Positions 25,394 through 37,698 of a stretch of DNA of 64,000 nucleotides are shown here, one piece after another (position 1 is the first letter of the stretch; every line of letters starts with the position of its first letter). The notes beneath the pieces are model-generated. The model was not told the origin of the DNA, did no database searches, and saw only the letters and a program-made list of their open reading frames with translations. Position numbers and translations under genes: made by a program. Source of the stretch: Lama glama (Eukaryota); the NCBI GenBank assembly GCA_028534125.1, contig CM052851.1, positions 38,440,001 through 38,504,000 of the forward strand. The letters run 5' to 3'.

Positions 25394-28300
25394 GAACGAG
25401 CCAGATGGCTGGGAGCGGGTCCGGCGCTGCCCCGACGGGGTCGGCCTGGGGAGCCGAGGCGGCCCTCTGGGAGGGGCGAAGGCTGCGGGCTCGACTAGGC
25501 CGAGCCGAGTGTCACGGCCTCTTCGCCGCCCCTCTGCCTCCCCGGAGTCCGACGCCGGACAGAGGGCGGGGGAGCGCCTGGGGTGTCTGCGGGTCTGGGC
25601 TGGCCGGGACCGCCGTGGCCCTCGGGCGCTGCCCCGGAGACACGCCTCCCGTCCGGCGTCCCTTTGGCGCCCGCCCCTGGGGCGCTGTGGGCGTGGCTGT
25701 GAGGAGTCACGTTCCCGGGTCGAGGTCTGAGCCGGAAACGGTGACTGCGGCCTCAGGACTCGGCAGAGCTGTGTGAGCGGATGGGTTAGGCCGACACCGA
25801 AGTCAGCAAGAAGACGGACTCGCGTGTTCTCCAGGCGAGGTCACCGGCTATGGGGCGACCTCTGAGCCGCAGTTACCCCCTAGAGAGGCTGCTTGGGTCC
25901 GGTGTGTCCGCAGCGAAGTGAGCGCCCCAGGCCGTGGTCCCCTTTGCTGTCCGGCTCCCCAACCCCACTCGTCCACAGTAAAGAGGAGCAGCACCGCACT
26001 CGGCCCTCAGCACAAAACCAGGTGCCCACTGCGTTAGTATTTGATAGCCAGCACGTGGGCAAGTGTGGCAAAACAGATTGGCCCAGCTCGCTGCACACTT
26101 AAAAGCACCTTGAGAAAAAATTTCTCTAGTACTGCGTCGAATTGTGGTTTAATACGTCCCTTATTGTCGCACAAGTTTCTGACAGTTTTTCAGTTGTGAA
26201 TAACCCCGTGATGAATAGTCTTCCTTCTCGTGTTTCCCCCACACCCCTCTTAGGACAGGATACATTCAAAGAAGTGAGAATTACTGGTTCAAAGGTAAAC
26301 TGCCAAACTGCCCTGCAGAAAAAAAAATTCACGTTCTCGCTAGCAATAGATTAGAGTCCACTCTTCTGAATTCTGGACATCAGTGTGTATTTAATGTTTT
26401 TTAATGTAGTTTTGTTCTTTTGATTAATAATCACTGGACAGTTTTCATGTGCTTATGGCCATTTGCATTTATAATTATATATTGCATTTGTCCTTTTTTT
26501 TTTTACTGTGGCACTTTGCCATCTATATGTTGTTCTGACACGTTTCAAAGGTTGAACTCAAGCTGGATTTTTAATAATATCTTAGTACTTATCACATGGA
26601 GAATTCCTTGAGGTCTCATATCTGAAGATGCAGTAAAGGGTAAACAGCTGTCTTCTCCAAATATTTGCTAACTGATGTATAAATGTGTATTTTTTGTGTG
26701 TTAATCCAAACTTAATTTCAAGCACTTGGAAGACAAGAACTCTCCCTTTTTGTATGTTTGGAGGAGAGGCATTCTCTGATCCATGATGGCCAAAGCCAAG
26801 GAGTGGTTTTTAACACCCTGCCTCCAACACTTCTTCTCTCCTAATAATAAATATAAATTATGTCATATGGATAGTTGACATTTTCTCAATTTCATGTGAA
26901 GTATAAAAAAAATAATTTTAGATAACTTCTACTCTTTACTGATCTGTAACATGAATTGTATGGAAAAATAGTGTGATTCCTAGGTAGATGGGAACTTAGT
27001 ACAGTAAACACCTCTTCCGAACTAGATTTTTGCTCTTGAGTCTCTCCTGTATAGAAATTCTGTATCCCTGTTGCTATCCATGAAAGCACACGCTGCCCCC
27101 AACCCCCTTCACTCCTTCACAACATCCTGCATTATTTCCTTAGCAAGTTTATATCTATTTCAAAGTATGTTGATTGTTTGTTTACAACTATTCTCTTTTA
27201 GAAAATGAGGTCCTTGAGTATAGGGACCTTTTCTCTTGTTTATTGCAGTATTCTGATGTGGCTTAGGTGCTCAATATCTTCTGAGTGATAAAATAGAGCC
27301 CTTACTTAAATATTTAATTGCTTTTTTTCCCCTCTCAATATTATTAATTCAAATGGTACGGAAGTCTCCTACTTAGCCCTGCAACCCCCAGCCTAAGTCC
27401 CCTTCCTGGAGGTAAACATTCTTTTTTTGTTTTTTCTCAGCTCTTAACTTTGCTATCTACACCTATCTGCTTCCCTAAACTGAGAAGTCCTTGAAGTTGG
27501 CGGGGGCAAAAGGGCCTGGGTTCCAGATGGGAAGGGAAGAGCTCTTGATTCACACCCAAGTCCTCACACAGAATGGGAGAAGTAAATTCCCAACAAATGT
27601 ACAGAATTACTGGGAGAAAGAAAAATTTTTTTTAAGTTGAAAACAATACTCATCGGGAGAACCATTTGACTTTCTCCACTTCCATGTAAAATAGATACTC
27701 CCTGCTCCAGACTTTCCACCACACCAGCACCCAGGCATGGACTATGTAACACTCTGTTTATTTGTCTAGCTTCTCTCCCACTCAGGGCTGAGAGCAAGTT
27801 TTATTTGTCTTTAGAGTTCCAGCAATCAGCAATGTGCCTTGGCCCCACAGAATGTGCTTCATAAATGTTTCCAGAATAAATTAAAATGTAGTGTTCTTTA
27901 AAACAAAATACCAAAATGAGTAAAAAACACAGGCCCTGCCTCCTCCCTTCCAGCTGAGAACATGGCACCAGGTTATGGTTTAAATACATCAGTGTCCTAA
28001 CTGAAATTCTAAATGATTTTTCCGATTTTTTAAATTTCATGCTCCTTGGAGTACAGCACTCACTGTACTAGGAGATGGAGTTACGCCCACCTGCCCCAGG
28101 GCATATCTAATTCAAATTTCCTGTTCTTTCCCTATCCTGTGTTGTTTCTAACTGTAATGTTGCTAGGCAACTTTTGCAGAATCCACAGGCTTTTGGTAAT
28201 ATAATAACTGAGTAAAAGTCTTGCCTCTAGGTATTGGGAGAACAAACTTAACCTGTTTTTCCCCTTCAGACTGGTGATTTCACAAGTAAAAGCTTTAATT

Positions 28301-30664
28301 CCACTGTTGTCTGCCCATGCACCTTCCTTAGCAGCAAAATAAGCAAGATTCCTGCCCTGGAGATTTATAATTGGGATTCCTAAATCACCTTCTCAAATAC
28401 TTTTAATATATACAGTACATAAATATATGTACATATTCTCATTAACATAAGCTGTGCACTTTTGAGTGAAAGGTCCTTCAGAACCAGGAACTAATTTTTC
28501 ACAGTGATATAAAGTCTCTGGGAATGTTTCTTAAGACTGGCCAGATTTTACCCAAAGTTGAATCCTTTCTGGTTTATGCTTGTGATTCTGGAGAACTAAT
28601 AACTATTTCTAAATAAGAGCCTACTCTAATAGATTTCTAATTAAAAAAAAAAAGCCGTATTGGCCAAATCTGTTTTTCACTTAAAAACCAAATAATATGC
28701 TTAAAAAATTCCACTGTCTTTCTTCATCCTTGTTAACTTATCCCCTTCTGCTGGTTCTCTCAGCAAACCTTACCTCACTTCAGCCAAGCTCTAACTGTTA
28801 CCAACTGCCAGTTGGCCCCGAGAATCCAGTTCTCAGGCTAGAATGTGGTAACTCCTACCGCTGCTCCTGGTTGACTTCTCAAGTATAGATTGGATTTCTC
28901 TACTTTGGCACTTGCCTCTGATGAAGGACATTGACCATTTCACCACATGTTCATCAGTTTACCCTGTGAATACAAAATAATCAAATACAGTTCCTCCTTA
29001 AGTTGTTCAATGGATTAAATGTGAGACTAGCATTGTCTCTGACAAATAGTGTTCAGTAAGTGTTATGTATGCTTTTAATTGTAGCAGTGTTATTCAAGAA
29101 TGACCATACTTGTTAATGGGTTTATAGTCAGTAAATGCAACGTGTGATTCTTGGTGTCCCCCAGATAAGTTTGCTTATTGTGGATAAACAGTTAGGTTTG
29201 TGTACAACCTGCAAGGATAATCAAATCAGAACAGACATAGTATTGATATAAAGAGAACTTGAAAAGTGTAGCTAGCGAAGAGTGACCACTTGAAAGTTTG
29301 TCTTTTAATGAAATGAACATTATTTATTATCATGCCTAATTCATCTTTAAGGATTACTAACATACTATTTTCATTTTTACTTATAACAATAATATAAGAT
29401 CAATGGTGGGTTCCATTGTATACAATTGTATCAATAATATAGTTTTATGTACAAAAAATTTTGAGGATGTAAGATTCTCATTCAGTTTTTTCTTGGGGGC
29501 TTCAACTCTGAGAGACCATGCTAGAGTACTTAAAAGTTGTGTCTGTACATACACAAAACTTTGGCTATAACCAGTCTTGTTAGTGAAAGAAGCCTTCAGG
29601 GATGCTCCCAGTTACCTTGGCCTTTACACAGTCACCCTGATTTTCAAAGACTTAATAGTCTACTGTAATCAGTAAGGTCTGTGGCAATGATGCTAGCTTT
29701 AGGACTTTTCCCAAGAGAAAATACTGACCACTAGCCATATCATTCCTAGATAAGAGAGGCGTTCTCAACCAACATTTAAAATTAAAGCTCTGTGAGGCAG
29801 TTAGCCAAAATATCATTTTTCCTGTTGGCTAAAACTCGTTTAGACTGGAATGGAATTAAGTAGCCACATTTTCTGCAACATTACTTTTTTTTTTCTTTAC
29901 TGGAATTCAAAGGGCTGCTTTTCTCTGTATTCTTAATAAGTTTCAGTACCTGAAAAGGTCGCTTCACAGAAATGTTATAAACAGGAAGAATCATGAGTGC
30001 CTAACAGAATGCCAGTGCTAAATACACAGTCTCGTAATTGATTAATTGCCTCTCCTCCTGGGTTAGTGACTTACACAGGAAATGACCTGGATGACCACAA
30101 GGACTGCCAGTTGTCTGCTAGCCATACTGTGATTATCTAAACCAGCTTTGTTCAGATTACTGCAGCATAGACGATGTGATGAGTCCTCTCCAGTGAATCA
30201 AGGGGCCCTGACTCAGTAGGAGAGGAAAAGGAGATAAGGCAGCTATCCCATGCTGGTCTTTTGTGTAGCAACAGGGGTGTTTTGGGGTATTGCTATGTTT
30301 TGATGACTCAGTGGTGAGTCAGTTTTAAAGTTCTGTAAAAGGCCTTGCTCAGCCCAGACAGAACTGAGAGATGAGCTCATCCAGTAGCTAGTTGGTAGAA
30401 AGTACCCAGCAGCGTGTCATACGATCAGCCAATTGGTGATGTAAATATGTACATGGGAAAAAACATACTGGTAAGGACGAACTAGTTCCTGAATGGAGAA
30501 TTCAACTCTACCTGGCATCTTCTATTGAGTGCCTGCTATGTTCAAGCACCGTCCACATGCTACACTCTGCCCCTTACCTTTACACAGGTCAGAATATGAG
30601 AAATGTCCTAGGTGCTAGAAAAAGCTGGGGTGCTTGGGAGGGCGCTGGGAAAGCTATAGTGCCA

Positions 30665-30835
30665 GCTATATGGTAGGCACTGAGCCAGATGCTTTACATT
30701 ATTTATTTTATTTAATCTTTATAGGAAACCTCCAAGAGAGGTATTTTCATTCACATTTTACAGATGAAGAAAATTAAACCCAGACAGGTTAAATGCCTGT
30801 ATCACACACATAGAGCCGGTATCACTGAGACTAGC
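30665..30835 (-). mobile_element. MIR
   Basis: Core CATTTTACAGATGAAGAAAATTAAACCCAGACAGGTTAA. Confidence 0.75.
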
Positions 30836-32605
30836 TCTTTCTACCCCTGCAAGAATAGGGTAAGGTGAGGCTGAGAACTAAACTGGGAGACTTTATGAAG
30901 ATAGGGTCACAGGACCCAGCAGTTTGCTGCTAGAGCGTGCACAGCAGGGCACACATCTTGTACGGTGTGAATGGAAGCCAGAGACAGTCGGACTTGGCAC
31001 ATCTACTTTTTTGCGATACCATAAAACCCACATGTATTTTAAATTCTAAAATCAAGAGGAAAGATTACAAAGATTGATACTATCTTTTGTGGCAGAGAGT
31101 TTGGAGAAATGCACTCTCATTTACCATGGGGGGTGGGTGTAATTTGGTACCATCTTTGAAAGATTGTTCTGATAATTTCTGTTACAATTTAAATGTTTAT
31201 AATCATTGACTCAGCAATGCTACTGAACATTTGTACAGATTTCCAAGATTATGTAAAAGAATGTTTATTGTTGTATTAATTCATTCAATAAATACTTAAC
31301 GAGGCCCCATGGGCCTGGCACTCTTCTGGAAACTAAGAACACAGCAGTGAAATGAAATAAAGTCCTTACTTTCATGAAACTTTGAGATCTCTGGTGGAGA
31401 CAGGCAATATATGAGTAAACAAATGTACAAAAAAGATCAAGTAGTGATAAATGCTATAAAAAAAAGGGGGGAGGTGCCAGGGATTAAGAAATGGTAGAGT
31501 TGGAGGGAGGTGCTATTTTAAATAGGATGATCTAGGAAAGCCTTTCTGAGGAGGCAGCATTTGAGCAGGAATCTGAGTGAAATGAGGCAATCAGCCAAAT
31601 GAAGATCTGGAGGAATTGTGTTCTAGGCATTGTTTATAATACCCAAAATTGGAAGCCACCTAAATGTGCGTTAAATACTTAGTAATCACAGTTTGCAAAG
31701 TAATGAGATAGAGCTATATGTACGAAATGAAAAGATAGTAAGATAAAATGGAAGAAAAGGTTGCAAAATTGTATAATGATTCCATTTTAAAAATTAACCT
31801 AAAGCAAATATATGTACCACAGGGAAGACATCTGGAGAAATTTACAAAATTATCAAAAGATCTCACTTCTAAGGTTGTTGTATGGATTGAGAGAACAAGA
31901 CAAAGGGCCTAGGGACCAGCTAAAGAGAGAGCCAGGAGAAAGGCTGGATCATTGCTCTAAAACAGGATGGGGCAGGTGGAATACGGCACAAGTCCTGGGG
32001 ATCCTTACTCTGCCTTTTCTGACGTACTGGAGCTCTCCTCTCTTTCCATTCACTGATGCCTGATCCCCCCTTCCCTTTCCTCGTTTCCTTACCTCCTATC
32101 TCCCTCCTCTGGCTTTGCTCTTGGGAAAGGAGCCCGTGCTCCTGTTTTCTTAGCCTGGTTTCTTCATCTAGACTGGTCTCCCTGCCGATCTCAGACAAGC
32201 ACCTCTGTGCTCTGGCTGCAGACTTTGGGGAGGTGCTGATAAGGAAGGGGCTTCCAGCATCCCTCTGATTTATTACAGGCTCACTTCTCAGTACAGAATA
32301 AAAGGCTTCGTCCCTGGTTACCAGCTTCAGAATATTAGCTGAGTTAGGAGCTCAATTTGGGGCATAGAATTGCTCACACACACTGCTGCCAGTGCTGACT
32401 GCATCACCTGCCTTGCCTTCAAGGTTTCTGAAGCAGCCAGGTCTTGTTTGTATTTGATGCCCCACACCCACCCAGCACTACCAAGCTCTGCTGACTTCCG
32501 GGGGCCTGTGTGTCTGTATGCTTCTCAACCAGTTGTTAGAAACAACAACAGCACAGAAAAATGGCAAGGATAAAATAAACACACAGAACACGTTCTGTGC
32601 TCCTG

Positions 32606-34030
32606 TATTGTTTCTAACAAGTTTTTAGTTGATTATTTTGGATTTCTAGGTAGACAATCATATAATTGGTAATTCCTTTTTCCTAGTATTTATGACTCTT
32701 ATTTTATTGTCTAATTGCATTAACCAACACTTCCAGAACAACGTTAAATAACAAGAGAGGTGTTTAGTGGCTGGTTAGCTCAGCTGATTAGAGCATGGTG
32801 CTAATTATAGGAGAAATGGTGAGCATCCTTGTCTTGCTCCTGACTTTAATGGGGATATTAAGGATAATATCGTTTGATAAGATGTGTATATGTATATGTG
32901 TGCACATAGACATGATTTATATCTGTTATATTAAAGTGTTCTTTTCCTTTTGTCAGAATATTTGTGAGGAATGACTATTCAATCATACCACATTTTTAGC
33001 ATTTCTCTTAGTTATTCTGCTTTTTTCTTGTTTTAAATTATTTCTGTGGTGAATTAGATTAATGGATTTCCTTATTTTATGCCATTCTATCCTTCCTGAA
33101 ATAAACTGTAGTCAAGTTGCTTTTAAACTATACTGCAAAATTATGTTCATATATTTCATTTAGGTGTTTTGCATCTATATTTATAAATGGAACTGGTTCA
33201 TAGTTTTCCTGTTGTATAGTCTTTGTAAAATTTTGGCTTCATGAAACCAAAATGTTTGCTTCTTTCTTTGTACTTTGGAATAGCTTTAATAGAATGAGAA
33301 TGATTGATTCCCTGAAAGTCTGAAAGAAGTTGCTCCTTAATGTGTCTAGGTTCAGCATTTTATTTTATTTTTTAAAATTATTTATTTATTTACTATTTTT
33401 TTAAAGTATAGTTTTTGACAGCTTTTGTTCATGATTATTTATCTGCTTAGATTTTCTGCTGTTTTTGAGTCCCTGTTGGCAATTTACATTTCCTTGAGTA
33501 TTAGCCATTTCATTCAGATTTTAAATTGTAATAGCGTAGGATTAGGCAAAGTATTCACTTGGATTTCTTGTTGTTTCCTCTGTACCCATGGTTGTAAGCC
33601 CTTTCTCATTCCTAACTTGTATATTTATGTTTTATCTTTTTTATCAATTTAGCTAGTGGTTTATAAGTTTTGTTTGCTTTCCTCCCACACCAAAAAACTA
33701 AATCTTAGATTTATTAATGAGTTATATTATTTTTCTGACTTTGAAATAATTTATTTTGCTTTTGTCTTTATTAATTTCTTCCTTTTACCTTCTTTAAATT
33801 TTGCTTTGTTGTGACTTTTTGTTTTTTGTTTCACTCTATTTTTTTAATTGAGTTGCTGTGACTTTTTACCCCTTTCTAACTTGCTGTGTTGTCTGCTTTT
33901 TAATGAACTTTTATTTTTTTCTTATTCAACAGTAAAAGTGTTTAAGGTCATGAATTTTCTTGTGAATACAACTTTGGCTGAGTTCCTTAAGTAAGGTTTC
34001 ATTGACTTATTTTTAGAATAGTCTATAGTT
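32606..34030 (-). mobile_element. Old L1 ORF2 fragment(s)
   Basis: GATTTCTAGGTAGACAATCATA; GCATCCTTGTCTTGCTCCTGA; TTTTGCATCTATATTTATAA; T-rich strand. Confidence 0.75.
32769..32805 (+). pseudogene. 5' half of tRNA-Ile(AAT), tailless retrocopy
   Basis: GGCTGGTTAGCTCAGCTGATTAGAGCATGGTGCTAAT: 33/37 identical to the mammalian tRNA-Ile-AAT 5' half as recalled; ends at the anticodon. Confidence 0.8.
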
Positions 34031-34161
34031 CAGTTTTTTAAACTTTATACTTAAGTATAATACACATACAGAAAAGCAAACGTATCAAAATATGTATGGT
34101 TTGTTGAATATTCACAAATTCAACACCCAGATTAGGAAATAGGAGACTACCAATGCCTAGA

Positions 34162-34280
34162 TCCAGCTACATAATTTACAGGGCCCAATGAAAAATGAAA
34201 ATGCAATGTTCAAATTTTATTAAGAACTTTAAGGTGGTGAAAGCAGAGTATTAAATCAGCTTTCTAAATGCCTGGCCCTA
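34162..34280 (+). mobile_element. MER45A-like hAT MITE fragment
   Basis: CCAGCTACATAATTTACAGGGCCCAATGAAAAATGAAAATGC...TTATTAAGAACTTTAAG..AGCAGAGTATTAAA. Confidence 0.75.
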
Positions 34281-35892
34281 CTCATATGCCCTTCAACTCC
34301 CCTCTGGGCTCTCTTTTCATCCCCAGCCCTGGCCCTACCAAGGGTATCCACTGTCCTGACTTCAAATAATGTGAATAGTTTGGCCTGTATGCTTTTGCAT
34401 CTAGCTTCTTTTTACTCAGCATTATATTTCCGAGGATCATTCATACTTTTACATGTAGTTAAAGACCATACATTCTCATTGCTATATAGTTAAAACTGAT
34501 CTATAATTCAGTTTGATTTGTCACTGATTGAAGAGTTGTTAGAAAAACTTGAAAATTTTTCCTAGTGGTTGAGTGCATTAGGCTAAGTTCTAACTCTCTG
34601 ATTTCAGAGGTGGGGCTGGAAACAGGCCCCTCTTCCTCTGAATGAGCAAGTCTGAAGTCACAGCACATGTGGTATGAGTAAGAAACAGTGAGCTTTGGAA
34701 TAAAAATCTCCTCCTCATCCTCTTCTGATACCCAATAAGGAAGAAAGAGAAAGAAAGCTAGCCGAAGAGGGTAGTTAAAGGCAACAGTTTTTTTTAACTT
34801 CTACAGGCAGAGGTTTTTTTTTTTTAAACTTCTCCAGAGCACCAGCACATGCTGATTATAGAAAAGGAGGGCTGAAGTTGTCTTGTCGGCTTGTGGGTTC
34901 CCAAGGAAACTGGAAGGAAATTAGGTCCTTTTTTGTTCAGGTCAGAGATCTGAACAGGGGCAAGGTCCCTTCCCTGTGCCCTTCCATTACGTCAGGCTGT
35001 CCTGGAGAAGTGATGAGTGAGTGGGCCTCTCTAATTATGGGGGTGCAGGGTGCAGTCCTACACTGAAAATGGCTGAATGTTTAGGGATGAGTAGCCCAGA
35101 CAAGTAGTCCACCAATCCTTAAAGAATGTATTACTAAAAGTTGTCATACTTTTACATTTCAAACCTAACGGTAAAACCTGAATTCAAACTATTATGATCA
35201 ACTTGCATCAGCCAGCCTTATATTTAAGCCCTGTAGCTCAAATTTGATGACCAAAGACAGAAAATCTTTTAACAAAGTACCATTTGCTTGAGGGAGAGGA
35301 CCTGTCATTGAGATTCTTTCTTGAAAACAAAGAATAAGTTTATTTATTTTAAAATAAATAATAAAAAGCTTATAATACAAAATTCAAAAAGCATAAAAAG
35401 GTATACAGTAAAAGTGTCTCTCTCTCACCCACCCCTGCTTCCAGCCTATTCTCCAGAGGCAGCCAATATTACTGTTTTCTTGTATCCTTTATGAATGGTT
35501 TATGCAAATACATATAATCTTTAAGATATTTTTATAAGAAGTTATGGTATATATTGCATACTCTTCTGCACCTTGCTTTTTCATTTACTATTTCTTAAAG
35601 ATTGTTTCATATTAATGCATATAGAATAACATTCACAGACTCTGGAAATTAGGACACAGACATATTTGGGGGTGGCATTATTCAGCCGACAACATCATGT
35701 GACCAGTCCGTCCCCGAACTCCCCAGAGCAGCCCACCAAAACCCTCCCACACAATGCTGAGGTTTGGAGGAGCCTAAAGCAGCAGGACTCTCCCATACTT
35801 TATCTAAGGTCTGCCATTAGGCTGTTTTCAAACTTTTGCTATTATGAGCAATGCTGCAAACAAGTACTCTTTTTACCCCCCAAATCAATAGA

Positions 35893-36386
35893 GCTTTTAT
35901 TGCATCCTTAAAAATATCACAAATGAGTCTGAAGAATCATCTGGCATCCTGCTCTTTCTGTAGCTGGACAACTTAGATCTTATTCATCAGCCTGCTGAAC
36001 TGTTCTCTTTTCGGAAACATAGTTCCTTTTTCACAAAAATTTCCATCCAAAAATTGCCTGATATCCTTGTTTTTAACTGTTGTGGCTTGCTGAATCTATG
36101 CAGCTGAATTTGACACAAATCCAATGTTGTTTTCTTCAAAAATTAACTCATCTTTCTGGGCTTGAGGTACCAAACAAGCAACGCCTGGCCTCATCCGAAC
36201 ACTATTTTTCACCCCCCAAATTTTGGATTTCAGTCAGGTAACCATTCTCCTGAATAATGACGTTGATGGAGAAATGAATATACACAGACCTCATTTTGTA
36301 GCGGAAGCCCAGCATAACACTCTTGATCATGCCCTGTACCTGACGACAGTGCAAGCAGTCACAGGTTCCTTTCTATTTCCCCACCA
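35893..36386 (-). pseudogene. RPL9: 5'-truncated processed pseudogene of ribosomal protein L9 (uL6)
   Basis: Intronless reading [96 protein letters not shown], with frameshifts, an internal stop, a short 3'UTR and AATAAA (35901-35896). Confidence 0.93.
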
Positions 36387-37698
36387 TTGCTCCCCGAACC
36401 TACTTACTGACTCCTGCTGGTAGCTGACCCCAAGGCTCACCCTAGTGTTTTTCATTACTAAACTAATTCCTTCTTTTTTAAAAAAATTTTTTGTAAAATT
36501 TAATTATTTCAGTAGAGATATATTAGAGGTCAACCTAAATCCTATTCATCTTTTTTTAGACACCTTTATTGTGGTATGATTTCTGTACAGTAAACTACAT
36601 ATATTTCAGATGTACAATTTGATGCATTTTACTAGATGTGTACACCTGTGAAACCACCACCACAATCAAGATGGCTGACATTTCTATCGCTCCCAAAGAG
36701 GTGCAAACTCCTGATTTATCTTGATAATTCCTTTCTTTTTGACTTTGAAATACCCACAAACTTTCACCAGTTTCACAATAGTGAAGATCACCTTTGCAGA
36801 AAAAATGGTCCACTTTCCTGTTGTTCCTGATTTTCTGTTTAAAAGAACATTAAGTAATTTCAGGATGTTAGAAAAGCTATAAGGTAGTGGGGAAAATGCT
36901 TGGCTAATCAGTTTTATATGGGCAGAAGGTCTAGTGAGGGTAAGAGCTGCTCCCAGCTGGGGCCTATTGCCCTCCCAGGGTCCTCATTGGCACAAAAGTC
37001 CTGTCACTGGGTTTGAGTAAAAGTCCCCTATTTAAAAAGATAAGGCAGCTCCCTTGCAACAGCAGAGATTTTACCTCTTTCTCCATAGAAATTGCAGGAA
37101 TTATCTGGAGGGCACTGTGACTGAGTCTGCAACTAAGAGTTGTTTTCCACATCCTTTCTTAGGCAGATAGGCGTTTAGACAGACTAGTTAGGGTGTTCTG
37201 TCTTCTGGAGAGCTTTTTTGGATGCCTTCTGTGTGTCCAGGGAAACCCTGCAGAAGTAAGGCAAAGTAGGAGAAATTTGGGATTGACATTAAAGTAGGAA
37301 TCCTATTTTCTTTTACTTGAACACAGAAAAGTAAAAAGAAAAACTTTTGCCAGATAATTGTCATTTTAACTGTTCGTGCAGTTGTCCTGAACCTTGAGCG
37401 TTCTTTCCTCTCAGCATGACTTACTTTCTGTCTTCCCATTTTAGCCATGCTCTGGAGGCAAATGAAACTGCTGCATGGAGAATTGAGGACTCTCTGTACT
37501 TCCAGGTGAGTTTAGAGCTGGAGGGTACAACTAGAGGTGACCTGCTTTGCAGGACCTCCAGGAGTTATGGGGAAGTAGAAGTTCTTGGTTATCCTAAGGG
37601 AGCCCATAATCTAAAAATAGAAGCATATAATATATTCCCCAAACACGAGTCACACTTCTTGTGTGACAGCAGAAAGAGAATTGAAGAACTCTCCTCAG

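Larger units (their letters stand above)
23780..26160. promoter_or_regulatory. WEE1: WEE1 CpG island (promoter, exon 1, 5' part of intron 1)
   Basis: Very high GC and CpG density against AT-rich flanks. Confidence 0.93.

Noticed and set aside
24138-25776. Many overlapping 100-170 aa ORFs on both strands
   Set aside because: Ala/Arg/Gly/Pro-rich shadows of the CpG island; only the WEE1 frame is a recognisable protein
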